Source: Eledone cirrhosa (lineage: Eukaryota). Taken from it: DNA of 64,000 bases. The notes beneath the pieces were generated by a model, which saw only the letters and a program-made list of their open reading frames with translations, searched no databases and was not told the origin of the DNA. Made by a program: the position numbers and the translations under genes. Positions 51,470 through 64,000 of this stretch are shown one piece after another. Location of the stretch: positions 271,870,001 through 271,934,000 of the forward strand of contig OZ024742.1 in the NCBI GenBank assembly GCA_964016885.1, read 5' to 3'. Position 1 is the first letter of the stretch. Every line of letters starts with the position of its first letter.

Positions 51470-52990
51470 TCTTCATTCTGATTTTGCTGAAGCTGGGGCA
51501 TTACTGCATCAGCTCCTACAACTCTGGCATTTAATCCAGCATCCTGCCTCCCATCGCTCGGGATACTTGAAATTCTCCACCTGCTTCAGTGGAAATTCAT
51601 TCACATGCAGATTACAATGCGCAGAAGTCCTTGGGAGTTGTTCACGTTACTCAGCATTGATATTCATTCCAGCCATGCAGCACTCGGCATTAAACTTATC
51701 AATTGCAAGTCAGAGATCACCTTTTGTACAGTTAAGTAACGCCATGTCACCTGCAAATTCCAGCCGACTGATTGTACATGCGTCAGTCGTTATACCAATT
51801 CCAACCCGAGAACGCATGTCTATCCTTTTAAATGAAAATTATGAGTAGGAGAGGTGACAGTACGCATACTTGGTCGCATCCTATTCCTTTATTGAACAGT
51901 TTCAATTTGGCACCATTTATCAGAAATACTCGGACATTTGTATAGAGACGCCAGAACAACAAGCTCACCATCGATCCAATACTCTTGTAGAACTTTCCAT
52001 AGCATGTTCCGAGGAACGCGATTATATGCTTTTTCGATGTCTACCATAAAAAAAACTATGACTCTTTGCAATACACAAAAGATTTCTCGAATATCTGCTG
52101 CATTGTGAATAGCTGGTCGGTTGTGCTGTGAATGATGAGAAAACTGCACTGTTCATCAGCTAACGTGGACTCAACAATCTCCCTATTCTATTTGCCAGAT
52201 ACTTAGTGTATACGTTACCGGGGGGGGGGGGCTTAACAATGTGATCCCTGTAAGCTGTAAGTGAAACAATCTTTCTTGCCTCTCTTTTCGAAATTTTGGA
52301 TTATCACTCCCGATTGCCATTGCTTACGTGTCTTTTCAGAGATCCAAGCCGATTGGCAAACATCAGTCAGCCAAAGAATATCTTTTCTACGTAATGTTTT
52401 AACATTTCGGGCCGTATTTCATCTACCCTAGTTGCATTGCCACATTTGAGCTCGTTAAATACTTTTGTTACCTCAACCTCATAGAGATTAGTTACCACAC
52501 CCAGATGCGCCTCCTGCAAATCAGAAGATGCTGCTGTGATCGTTTTTACGCATCAGCAAAGTTTTCTCTGCATCTCATGAGATGTATCTCTCTGAAGAGA
52601 GGTGACCCTAAATGCATTTGTTTTAACAGGGATAGAAGATGACTTCTTATTACGATGTCGCTGGATGGTCTGGAAGAACACTACATTTCTTGACCTTAAG
52701 TCGGAATCCAACTAATCCCCAAACTCCTCTCATGTCTTAACTTTGGATGCTTTTACTCCCTCTACTGAGAATGTTCGTGCCTATATGTTCCGCAAATGCG
52801 AAAAAGTATAACTTACTTCCAAGCGAAGCTTTGTAGGCCTCTGTTTTTGCTTAAATGACATCTTTGACCACTTGATTGACCTAAGGAGTCATCTTGCGAC
52901 ATGGGGCCACACCAAGCCTATTTCGGTCGCAGCATTTAACATCTGAAGCAGAAACAGCGGAGCTGAAGAATACCAACCTGTCCCGACATC
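51470..52990 (-). mobile_element. Decayed RTE-clade LINE (RT region)
   Basis: 'FMVDIEKAYNRVPRNMLWKVLQEYWIDGEL..LASLY', upstream 'A.G.DEIRPEMLK', downstream 'RLEFAGDMALL..DLQ..DKF..EC..AGM' and 'QVENFKYP'. Confidence 0.85.
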
Positions 52991-54739
52991 CTCTGTTTTT
53001 GAATTTGAATGCAGTACGATATTAATTAGCACAATATGATATTTATTCGCAAGAACGAAGATTTATAAATCTGATATTTAAATCAGCATATGATTATGTG
53101 ACATTGATAATTTCAGTACTGTAACGTTTTCGTTGAAAGACACTCTATTAATACAAATGTGTGTTCATGAAATTTATGACTTCCTTTAAATGGATCACGT
53201 TACATTCTTAATTCGAGAATCTCAGTGAAATGACGAAAGAAAAAAAAAACAAAAAAAAACGTCACGTTTTTGGAGACGCTGATGTTAAAAACATTTTTTT
53301 AAATGTGTTTACCTATCATGAATTCCTGGCAAATTGAAGATTATTGAATTTCTCAAATTAAAGAAAAAAAAATGAATAATTGCCGTTTGACAAACGGGTG
53401 TTTATTTAAGGTAACATTAATCAAAAATGAAGCCCGAAAATAGCAAATAAAGATGGTCGCTTTGCCGTATCTGAACCTCTGGTAAATGCAGCCAAGTCAT
53501 AATCAAAATTCTCCATTTTTCATTAAAGATTATAGATTTCAAGTAGCGGGTTATATTCAATTTCTTTATGTATGCAGTGTGTGACAGTATTAAATACCAA
53601 GTTTAAAACTGGCGGTGATTCCTCAGATTTAATAAAGCACTGGGTGCAATATTTTTTTTAATTCATGGTATATATTTATATTTTGATATTACGTCCAACT
53701 GGATGCGACATGACCTTTGAAAAATCAATAATATACGAGAGGCGTATGTACTGGATTTTCTCGAATATTCCACTTACTCAAACGTTTCGATGTTTGTTTT
53801 AATTTATGCCAACTTAATTTTACTTAATAAATCATATGAATATATGAACACATATATGTCTACGTTCAGCTTTATTCATGGACAGATGTGTTATTAGTTA
53901 CCAAGGTGTTCAAGAAAGCATCAATTACAATGCCGCGTGGATTTACTGAAAGAGAGCTTATTTCGTCAGTCGTAATCATTTTTTTAATTTATATCTATAA
54001 TGTACTTTAGACAAATTAGAAACATACTCATATACTTCAACAAATATTACATTAGATTTAAAATGGAATATATTCCTTCAGTAATAGAGTACCACATTGA
54101 AGTGTATGATCTATTTTAGTTGATCTTCTGAAACATTTAATGTTTTCAGTTACTGTCAAGATGTATATTTAAATAGATAAAGCTCTTAATAAAGGTATGT
54201 GCATATTAATGGCTTTCTGTTGGCTCTTTCAGATGCCGGTTCTAAGAAATATCGGGGAAAACACCGTAAATTAGATATATGTTTAATTTAGTATAAATGT
54301 AACTTACATAAATCACTCTTCCACTTGACTCTATGTTGACACAAAACTATATGTCACTGCCCTTGACGATGCTGAAAAAATATCAGTATCAGCCGCAGCA
54401 ACTGGGGGCATCTTACGACGAATAGTGCTTTCAGTCGCTTAACGCCAGTGTGACAGATATAATCTCTGTCCTGATGATACTGTTGTCTCGAAAAATACTT
54501 TTATTATTTGATGTCCAGGTAGTGGATGACATGATCACTATAAAACTAGAAGAAATAATGCTCACTCTGAAATCCAATGCATATAGTGGTTATAACATTT
54601 TCCAATTCTGTAAATTGGTCGCCGTCATTGATAATAAAGATGAATGGATCTGGCAATTTTGCCAATAATAGAAATAAACGATACATATTTAAATGATATG
54701 TAATTAAAATAGTTGAAGCGAGAGATTGTGACACTGGTG

Positions 54740-55435
54740 GAGGTATATTTTACAATGTTTCCTTGGTAAATTCCCCAGCAAAGTATATGAACCAAGAAAT
54801 TGGGTAAAGGTACACTATGATGTAGTTTCTAGTACATATGTATGTATGTATTTTCTTCTGGTGTGTATGTATGTATGTTCTTCTGATGTTTGGTTTCGTC
54901 TGAATCTTTTATTAAGCACCTTTCTCTCATCTACCTTCTTCAGGTATCGCCGTTTTTCGCTAACAGCTCTCAATTCTTGCTTGAGGATGACCAGCTTATA
55001 TTGAAGAATTCTGGTTCTACTGATACCACACATCGTCTCCATTTCATCTTTCACTCTTTGTTGGTGAGGAGTGAGGTTTTTTTGTGTTTGTTTGCATATA
55101 AGGAGCATTGTAACATATCCTTTTGTTTTCGTAGGTCAGCAATCTTTTTTTCTATTTTAGTTATATATGATGGTATTTTTGGTCGTGTTTTCGTTCTTGT
55201 TAATATTTCTGCTATCACCAAAATAATGCTTCACTGTCGTTGCTAAGGCATATAATCACGCGTTGATTTGTCAAAATGTTAGGGTTTTTATCCGTCGTAA
55301 ATATTCACCCCCTATTTCGTCAATAACACGTAATATTTCATAATTTGTATTTTTATTAAATATGGTCGTTTTAATACGTTCAGCAAAAGAGATATTTGTA
55401 CATGAGTTAATTTCTCTCTGGAAGTTTACGTATGT
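54740..55435 (-). pseudogene. Fragment of an R4/Dong-like LINE N-terminal (pre-RT) region
   Basis: 'KLVILKQELRAVSEKRRYLKKVDERKVLNKRFRRNQ' resembles the K..L.A...R..RY......N..F..NQ segment of R4-clade ORFs. Confidence 0.6.
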
Positions 55436-55443
55436 AAGTATTT

Positions 55444-55630
55444 GTGTATGTATGTATGTATGTATGTATGTATGTATGTATGTATGTATGTATGTATGCA
55501 TGTATGTATGTATGTATGTATGTATGTATGTATGTAGGTATATATATAAATACATACATACATACATACATACATACATACATACATACATACATACATA
55601 CATACATACATACATACGTACATACATACA
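55444..55630. repeat. Inverted tetranucleotide arrays (TATG)n...(CATA)n
   Basis: Directly visible. Confidence 0.95.
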
Positions 55631-55780
55631 GGCATAATTCTAGGAGAAGGAAAACTCTGATCTAACACCTGCAACCCTGATGGTATCCAATACAATTGTG
55701 GCTTGTTTGCATAATTGCAACCGAAACGAATGTTATTATTTATGTTCGAAAAACTCAGATTACATGTATTATACATATAT

Positions 55781-56000
55781 ACTAGCAGTTTATCCCGGCG
55801 TTGCACGGGTAAAAAAACATTGGTAATAGCACCTCCAGTGTGAAACGTTTATTTGTGGCTGCCTGTTAAAAGCTCACGAAAATATATCGACAGGTGTATC
55901 CCGGTACTGCACGGGTAAGAACATTGGTAATAGCACCTCCAATGAGAAACGTTTATTTGGGGGTGCCTGGTAAAAACTAACGAAAATATACCGACAGGAA
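55781..56000 (-). mobile_element. Helitron-type 3' terminus with a ~106-bp tandem duplication that includes the hairpin
   Basis: ACTAGCAGTTTATCCCGGCGTTGCACGGG; a second CCCGGTACTGCACGGG..ACATTGGTAATAGCACCTCCA unit starts at ~55900. Confidence 0.7.
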
Positions 56001-56613
56001 ACTTGTTTTATTTGGAGAAAATTAAGAAGTTGAAAGTACAGTTTAGCTGTCTACATGTATTGTTTATAGAAATATTGTTGAGCCCCTCTTTTCATACTCC
56101 TCTGTTGTGGCCGTTTGGAGTAAATGGGAAAGAGAAAGTGACAGGTTTAGTTGGCAGAAGGTTCCAGTGTCAGAGCAGTAAGGCGTAGGCTACTTACCTC
56201 AAACGTTCATTCGCACTCTTTCCACCAAGTTACTCTTTCTCTCTATCCCTCTCAGTTGTTCGGTATTATTAAGAAAAGGTGTAGCAGAGAATCCCGCGTG
56301 AACTAACAGCTCGGGAGGAAACTACTTACCTCGAAGATTCATTCGCCATCGTTCTTGTCAATGCTCCGTTTACCTCGTATTTATTGGTCTACAGTTAGAT
56401 GAATGGCGCACAAAGGGTTAATGTTTATTGGCAAGCAGTTTTTTTTATTAATAAAAGACGGGTTAAAGTGACCTACAATGTATCTGTGTGTATATATATA
56501 TTAATCTTTTAAAGAATTACATCAGTTTTTTCTCCCTCTATTTTTATTATTAATATTATTATTGATGCTGTAATTTGAATTTGTAGATTTGCCGGTTATA
56601 TGTTTTTTGTAAT

Positions 56614-56719
56614 GTCTCTGATGTACTGATTGACCTAGCATCGTAACTAAAATTGAGTGGCACTGCTTCTAGTGTTCAGCAATTTTTAGACAACTTAATC
56701 AGAGAAACAATTGTTAGAC
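56614..56719 (+). ncRNA. Type I hammerhead with 79-nt stem II (long-stem family, copy 3; A9 changed to U)
   Basis: GTCT-CTGATGT(56618-24)-A CTGATTGA..AAAATTG..GCACT GCTTCT AGTGT..CAATTTT..TTAATCAG A-GAAAC(56704-08)-AATT-GTT-AGAC. Confidence 0.75.
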
Positions 56720-56778
56720 TGTAAATAAATTCCCCTTTTTTGTACAGTTGACCATGTTATTCTTCACTTTTTCAATTT

Positions 56779-56857
<79 letters not shown>

Positions 56858-56909
56858 ATGTATGTGTGTGTGGGTATGTATATATATGTATGTATATTTA
56901 TATATATGC

Positions 56910-56962
<53 letters not shown>

Positions 56963-57089
56963 AATGTGTTTGTATATGTATATATATAAATATATGAATA
57001 TATATTTATATATATATATATATTTTATACAACAGAACAAATACAAATAAGTAAGGAAAATATGTTCATTCAAAAATATTCCTACTAAA

Positions 57090-57117
57090 GGAATCATTTT
57101 CCTACACACACACACAC

Positions 57118-57168
<51 letters not shown>

Positions 57169-57424
57169 TCTTCATCTTAACATGCTAACCATACTCCCAC
57201 ACACATAACACCCATACACACACACAACAACCCCCACACCCACACATACAACTCCCTCCCCCATTTCTACTAATAGAATCACTTTCCTACACACATATAT
57301 ATACACACACACAAAATATATATTCTCTCCATCTTAACATACTCCCACACAATCACACATAACACCCATATACACACATACACAACTCTCTCCCCCATTT
57401 CTACTTATAGATTCATCTTCCAAT

Positions 57425-57425
<1 letters not shown>
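57090..57425. repeat. Imperfect ~185-bp tandem duplication in CA/TA-rich DNA
   Basis: GAATCA.TTTCCTACACACA..ATATTCTCT.CATCTTAACAT..CACACATAACACCCATA occurs twice. Confidence 0.7.
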
Positions 57426-57505
<80 letters not shown>

Positions 57506-57639
57506 AGCACATAAATAAACATACACATCTTTACTTCAACAGAAAATCTGAATTCTGACACCCCAGCGAACGAACCATATTCACTGAAGCAGAACATTTC
57601 TCGCACCCATTTCTCTTGACCATTATTTTTTTGCTGTTC

Positions 57640-57830
57640 AGGGGCGGTGGATTGGCCTTATCGGTAGAGGGTCGGACGCCATGCTTTGACGCATAGAGTT
57701 ACGGCCCTTGCCATTCTGAGTTCAAATCCCGCCGAGGTTAACTTTGCCTTTCATCCTTACAGGGTCGATAAAATAAAGTACCAGTAATGTACTGGGTAAT
57801 TTCTGGCCTTGTGCCAATAGTAGAAACAAT
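57640..57830 (+). mobile_element. tRNA-derived SINE, well-preserved copy (short variant)
   Basis: A-box-like TGGATTGG/TGGCCTTATCGG head, B-box GAGTTCAAATCC, body CCGAGGTTAACTTTGCCTTTCATCC..GGTCGATAAAATAAAGTACCAG. Confidence 0.92.
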
Positions 57831-58299
57831 TATCTTTTGCTGTTCAAAAAATTCTCTAAAAAGGCTACAGAATAGATTTCCAAATAAGGGCGCGAAAATT
57901 TAATGAAAACTTGTTCACGTGACAGCCATCATTTCATTTATAACCAATCAAATTACGTTTATAAAAAAAAGCCTTCGTGAGCCCCTTTTCTTTAAGTATT
58001 TCATTGTTTTAATATATATATATATTAAAACAATGAAATTAAACACAAAACGGTTAATTGATAGTAAAACTCATTATTTTACGATCGTTTCTGGGGGGTA
58101 GTTCCCCGTATGTCTATTCAATTATTGATCTATGTAAAATATTACAAAATATCATAGTAAGAAAAAATATATACGTCTTAACGACCCGCCGTCTTCCCGA
58201 AATAATGAGATTTGTTTATTGAAGAATACAAAAAAACATACATATGAATAAGTATCGTTTAATAACCAGGTTGAAGTTGACCAATAGCAATAATACGAA

Positions 58300-58625
58300 G
58301 GGACAGTATAGATCCCTTAGGTCGGAAGTGGTGGGTGTTTGCATAAAATCTCGATTTAAACGGATTAATCCGGTTAAAACGAGATTTTATACACACACCC
58401 ACAGTTTCCGAAACACAAAATTAGCTGAAAACAATTCTTTAGCAGAAGCAGTTAATCATTATAAAAAGAGGAATATTAAATATAACCTAACTTGGAAGAT
58501 TCTTAAGTGAGCTATTTCTTATCAGAGCAATAGAAGGGAGTGTGGACTGTGTTCCCAAGAATTTTTGAAATTACTAAATCGAAGGACACTTTATTAAATA
58601 AAAGACAAGAATTAATTATAGTATG
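58300..58625 (+). pseudogene. PLE GIY-YIG C-terminal fragment
   Basis: 'KTRFYTHTHSFRN..LA..NSLA......IKYNLTWKILK*AISY.S....CGLCSQE'. Confidence 0.75.
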
Positions 58626-59044
58626 TAACCATAAAATTAGAAGGGCATTCAAATATTATAAATACAACTAAGCAAATATAGAAAATAAAATAGGAGAAAA
58701 AATGTGTGAGTATATGTGTGTGCGTGAATATGTGTATATGTGGGTGTATATGTATGTGTATGCATAAGTGTAAGCCCATATATATACATGTATGAGAGTA
58801 CATGTATATGTGTATGTGTAAATAGTATGTGTATGTATATATATATGTGTACATATGTGTATGTATATACGTGTGTGTATATATATATATGTATATATAT
58901 GCGTGTATATCTATATATACGTATATATATATTTTTTGTTGTGCTACTAGAATTAATCCATGGATTAAATCCAATAACTCATCCCTATAACTGTTTTAAG
59001 TATTTAATTATAATTTACACACACACACAGACACACACACACAG

Positions 59045-59107
<63 letters not shown>

Positions 59108-59266
59108 CACACACACATATATATATACACATACATATACACGCATGCATACAGAGATAGGAACACACACACACCACACACATACAATACGTACGTCCTC
59201 ATATATACATAGATACGTACACATAAAATAATAACGTGTACATATATATATATATATATATACATA

Positions 59267-59386
59267 GGAAAATATTCAAGACCCCGACGGCAGAACTCAA
59301 GCCGCTTTGACGGCTATTTCTGGACCTAAGTATTGAGTACTCTGGTGCATATGGTTCACCTGGTTCCTTACCACACTTCCTTCGTT
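59267..59386 (-). repeat. Uninterrupted ~120-bp copy of the short repeat family, flanked by (TA)n
   Basis: The left part matches 24650-24703 and the right part matches 24779-24842. Confidence 0.85.
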
Positions 59387-59542
59387 ATATATATATATAT
59401 ATATATATATATACGTATCGTTTATCGTTTATCGTTTTCGGTGCACCCGGCCGATTAACGCACTCGATATTTAAATTGGGCTACTCAGCCGTTAATATGT
59501 TTAACGTAGGTATATACGTTCAACAATCTGGCAGGTAGGTAT

Positions 59543-59585
59543 ACGTTGCTGACGATAGCTAATAAGCTTAAAACTAGTACAGCGT
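59543..59585 (+). ncRNA. Minimal type I hammerhead with G12 changed to A (probably inactive)
   Basis: ACGTTG-CTGACGA-T AGCT AATA AGCT T-AAAAC-TA-GTA-CAGCGT. 6-bp stem I and palindromic stem III (ACTAGT). Confidence 0.7.
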
Positions 59586-59846
59586 TCCTTTGTCAGTGTT
59601 GAACAAACGAGCAACGATTGTTACTAGACACTACGGCTTAATACGGGATGTTTGTTTACAAACACACCGAGCATTATAATAAATGTTCGGTGAATCTATA
59701 CGTACATATATATATGTGTGTGCATGTATGTATATATATACATACTACTGCACGTCTGTATACATATATGGATGTACGTGTACATACTTATATTTAAGTA
59801 ACAGCCGTACTAAGTGTGGGAAATGAAATTTCGTTCCATGTTTTCC

Positions 59847-59905
<59 letters not shown>

Positions 59906-59932
59906 AAATGTGGAGAAGGAGCTCACGAGTTG

Positions 59933-60006
<74 letters not shown>

Positions 60007-60094
60007 AAATAGGGAGAAAAAGTCGATTATTAGGGAAAAAAAAATGTTTTCCCTTAATTGTTTCTCTTTTTTCTGGATTAGAAAATGTTTAAAA

Positions 60095-62710
60095 CAAAAT
60101 AAGTGAGCTTAGAAAAGTTGGTCCATGATCGAGCCAAATGGTAGTCTGGGGTTGGATATGTTTTCCCTTTTTATAGAGTTAATATACGAGGGGAGTTAAT
60201 TCAGAGTGTTCGGGCAGGGAAAAGAGATGAGATGGTGTAATTCATTTATATAAGAAAAAGAATTAGGTAGGTTTTAAGGGGGGTAATCTTTATAGACTGT
60301 ACGAATTGTAGGCTTTGGTTCATTGGTCGTTCCAGTTTTAGTTTTGTCCGAAGTTTAGTCCATTAAATATAGGTTAGACTTTGTTAATGAAGTACGGTTC
60401 CTTATTGGTACGATGGATGAAAGAAGCTTTATCCATACATTTGTAAATGGGGAAAATGTTAAAGTTTGGATGTTGGTTAGGTGCACAATTGGCGATATGT
60501 TCTCCAAAAGAAATCTTTCTGTATTCCTGTATTTTGATTTGTGATTTCTGGAAGGTCATACGTTGTCGGAGGCTTTTTTTTTGTCTGTCCTATCTAGTGC
60601 TCACGACAACCTGAGCAAGTCAAAACATAGATTAGGTTTTCAGATGCACATGTAAAGTTGTATTTAATTGTGAAATGTTGTCCTTGTTTAAAGTGGAATG
60701 AAATGTTGAACCTTCTATTAGATTTATGCATATACCACATTTGGGCCTTCAGCATGTTTTACTGTAGAGTTCATTGTGAGGGTTTGTTGGATTTTGGCTT
60801 GTGTGAGGATTTTTTTTATGGATTTAGATTGTATTTTTCTCTTTATGATGTTGTGTGTTTGGAGGATTTTGTTCATTCTTGGGTCTCTTTTTAGTAAAGA
60901 AATGTTCGGGAGGATGGTGTCGAATGCCTCATTGTTGAGGGGATTGTGTGTGGAGATGTATAGTAGAGTTTTCTGTTTCGGTTCATCCCTGGGTTTGGGT
61001 GTCTGAGTTCTTAGATGTTGAGATTTAGGGCACGTTGGAATCCATTGTTGATTAGGGATGTTGGGTAGTTTCTGCTGATAAGTGCGTTCTTTAATAATTC
61101 TAGTCGTGTGTAGCAAGTGTATGTATCTGAAACTATTGTGCAGATCCTTCTGGCTACGTTATAAGGAATTGCCATTTTGGTATGGCGAGGGTGGTACGAG
61201 TTAAATGGGAGATATTGTTTGGATTCTGTGGGTTTGTAGTATATGCCTGTTTCTATTTTGTTGTTTCATTTCTTGATGAGGATGTCAAGGAAAGGGAGTT
61301 GTTCATGGCTGTATTCCATTGTAAATTGTATGTTTGTGTTGAGTCCATTTAGAACTGTTTTAAACTCAATAAGTATTTCTATACTTTCATGCCAGAGGAT
61401 GAAGCTGTCGTTCAGGTATCTTCCAGTTTTTTTCTGTGTAGGGAGAAGTAGTTACTGTATTTGTCTAGAACTTTTCGGTAGAGAGTAGTTTGCAAATATC
61501 CCTTGACAATGTTGGCGTATGAGGGGGCTACTCTCGTGCCCATGGCAGTCCCAGATTTCTGTCTGTAGTATTTGGCATCGAATTCGAAGAAGTTATTTTC
61601 CAAGATGAATTTGAGGCCCTCCATCAAAAATATTTTAGGGATGCGTTGTAGAAGTTCATTAGGAAAATTGTCAAGCCATAATGTATTGCCTATATTGTTG
61701 TGTGGCATATTGGAATATAGATTGATTACATCAAAGGTATGCTCATTATTAAGTGTTGTTGGGAGGTCGTTGAGCATGTCAACGTCGTCCCTTATAAAGC
61801 TGTTTATGTGTTTTAGGAAACGTTTAAGCTGAATATCTAGGAAGTTGCTTAGGCGGTCGGTTTCACATGTGGTACCTGCTATTATGGGTCTTAATTTGAG
61901 GTCATCAGGAGGGGGGGATATTGATGAAAATGTCTGTGGATTCCTTGCAGGCCCTGCCTATTACTTCGCTTCTGTGTGTTTTGGGGATAACGTAGAAAAA
62001 GCTGGTTCTGCTTTTGAAATTGGTGATGAGTTGTATTCCTTGTCGGTTAGGCCTTCTCTGTAAAGGGTTGTTAGGGATTTTAGGTTTCTCATTATTTTCT
62101 GTTGTGTGTAGTGTTGGGTCTTTTGGTAATATCTTTGATTTTCTAGAGTTGAGAGTACTAGAGTCGTGTAGTAATCTATCTTCATGAGGACTACTGCACT
62201 CCCTTTATCCGCCTCTTTGATTGTTAGGGTTTTGACTTTTAAGACCATTCCATTCTTTTTTACTTAGGTTTGGTTTTTCTTTATGTCTGTGTAGGTGGTG
62301 GTATGGGTAATTAGAAATGTGTTTGCAGAATTGATCTAGCAATTTATTTTGTCTTTTGGTGGGGTGAAGTTGCTTCTATTTCTGGCTATTGAGTCATCCT
62401 CATTGTATTTGTCGTATAGTTGCTCGCTGAGTCTAATTTTCTCCAGAATTCTGCAATGTCTTCCTTCATTTCGGAGTAGTTTGATCGTTGGGCAGTTGGT
62501 GTAAATTTCAGACCTTTAGAGAGTATGTTGATTTGGTCTGTTATTAATTCTTTAGATGTTAAATTAACGATTTTTATTACATTTTGTGTCTTCTGTTTGT
62601 TTTGTGTTACCTCCCCCTGCATATTAACTTTCTAAAAAAGGAAAACATACCCAAACCCAGACTTCCATTTGCCTCCATCATGGATCAACTTTTCAAAGCG
62701 CTCTTGCTAT
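60095..62710 (-). mobile_element. Penelope-like retroelement relic (N-terminus, RT, GIY-YIG; coding ~62600-60374) with an inverted terminal-repeat segment
   Basis: IVNLTS..ILSKGLKFTPT, IKEADKGSAVV, FDVINLYSNMP, QKSGTAMGTRVAPSYANI, RYLNDSFILW, LPFLDILI, TCASENLIYVLTC.GC...IGQT. 62633-62705 is the reverse complement of ~60105-60172. Confidence 0.92.
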
Positions 62711-63154
62711 AATAACACTTTTTGAACTGCTTATCCTCAAGAACTATTCCTGTAATTAATATTATTCTTTCTTTTCGATTACCTTATGATGTTTCTCATC
62801 ACGCCCTTTTATTTCTTTTTCTTTATATTTCAAAACCTAGTTTGTGTATAATATTATTCTTTCTTTCGCATTTCCTTACCATGTTCAACATCACTCTATC
62901 TTCTCTCTACATTTTGTACCAATACAAATCCCCCACTTTGATAATGCATAAAATGCTAAAACCGGTAATTGACAATTATTAACTACATAAATAAATAAAT
63001 AAATGCTATTATTAATTAATAAATAAATTAACTAATACCTTAACACTTCACACAAAGTAAAATATTTGGTGTTAAACATTTTCTAACACAAACAAAAGTG
63101 AAAAAGATAAAGGAAACAAAAATTTGTCTTCCTGATAATCGTCTTTTTCTTCAT

Positions 63155-63249
<95 letters not shown>

Positions 63250-63250
63250 T

Positions 63251-63295
<45 letters not shown>

Positions 63296-63584
63296 TCATT
63301 TTCTTTTAGTCGTTTTGGAAGACTCAACAATGCAGATGGGTATTTCTCCGGGTAACAGGATCCGGTGGTGAAGAGAGAGATCTAATGGAATGTAGAATGA
63401 GATGTATAGTGTGTAGAGGAACGCAGGAAAGAGCGTAACAAATAAAAATAATAACAGGAGATATACTTACCTAACCTCCCTCTCGGACCCCCCCCCCCCC
63501 AGTTGACGGATGCGAATCCGAAATATAGGGACAATTAAATCTCTCCAAGGTAACTCTATCTCGTGTTATTATTTTTATTTTTTA

Positions 63585-63770
63585 CGGTGGATTGGCAGTA
63601 TCGGTAGAGGGTCTGACGCCATGCTTTCCAGCATAGTTACTTCCCTTTACGATCTGAGTTCAAATCCCGCCGAGGTTGACTTTGCCTTTCATGCTTACGG
63701 GGTCGATAAAATAAAGTACCAGTAATGTACTGGGTAATTGCTGGCCTTGTGCCTAAAGTAGAAACAATTA
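63585..63770 (+). mobile_element. tRNA-derived SINE (short variant)
   Basis: CGGTGGATTGGCAGTATCGGTAGAG..CTGAGTTCAAATCCCGCCGAGG..GTACCAGTAATGTACTGGGTAATTGCTGGCC. Confidence 0.92.
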
Positions 63771-63789
63771 TTTTTATTTTTTACGCTCT

Positions 63790-64000
63790 TTCCTACCTTG
63801 GCGTTCTATAGAAGATTAGTGGAGGGGAAGTGCGACGACGTACTTGGGGAAAATCTAGGCGTCGACGAAAATCAACTAGCCAATCTCTTCGGAAGAACTT
63901 TCGGGCCGGGTTCTATGGACAACTTCCATAAATCCCTCGACTGGCAGTGCTAACGAGGAGCTTTGCCAGTTCGGGATAAACTCTACAGGCATGAAAGTGC
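63790..64000 (+). mobile_element. 5'-truncated copy of the Tx1-like LINE ORF2 3' region (runs off the window)
   Basis: CCTTGGCGTTCTATAGAAGATTAGTGGAGGGGAAG.. is a close reverse complement of ~32370-32567. Confidence 0.9.

Noticed and set aside
54450-54668. 72-aa ORF as a possible host exon
   Set aside because: No recognisable motif or convincing splice context.
57640-57735. tRNA gene
   Set aside because: Only A/B-box-like motifs in a SINE head; no cloverleaf, and many diverged copies.
58508-58510. In-frame TGA within a PLE endonuclease fragment as possible selenocysteine (some PLEs encode selenoproteins)
   Set aside because: It falls at a non-Cys position (WKILK*A), best explained by CGA-to-TGA decay; the neighbouring CxxC uses normal codons.
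63463-63472. ATACTTACCT resembling the U1 snRNA 5' end, or a minus-strand splice donor
   Set aside because: No further U1 similarity, and no exon can be supported from a 10-mer.

Overview
AT-rich, microsatellite-dense eukaryotic DNA. It is most likely octopus, inferred from a tRNA-like SINE family I recognise as octopus-type plus very abundant (TA)n/(CA)n. I can support no intact host gene; almost all long 'ORFs' are translated microsatellites. The window is a nest of decayed mobile elements: Tx1/L1-like LINEs (one near full-length at ~31.7-37.4 kb), a CRE-like and several R4/Dong-like RLE LINEs, an RTE LINE, Penelope-like (PLE, RT+GIY-YIG) relics, an hAT-like transposase relic, Helitron termini and about 13 SINE copies. 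The most notable hidden signal is a set of type I hammerhead-ribozyme motifs read by eye in (TA)n-flanked PLE-type repeats. They comprise minimal forms, a three-copy family with a covarying ~80-nt stem II, and a two-copy candidate with a ~220-nt stem II insertion. Several long fold-back palindromes accompany them. Coordinates are by-eye and element edges are approximate.
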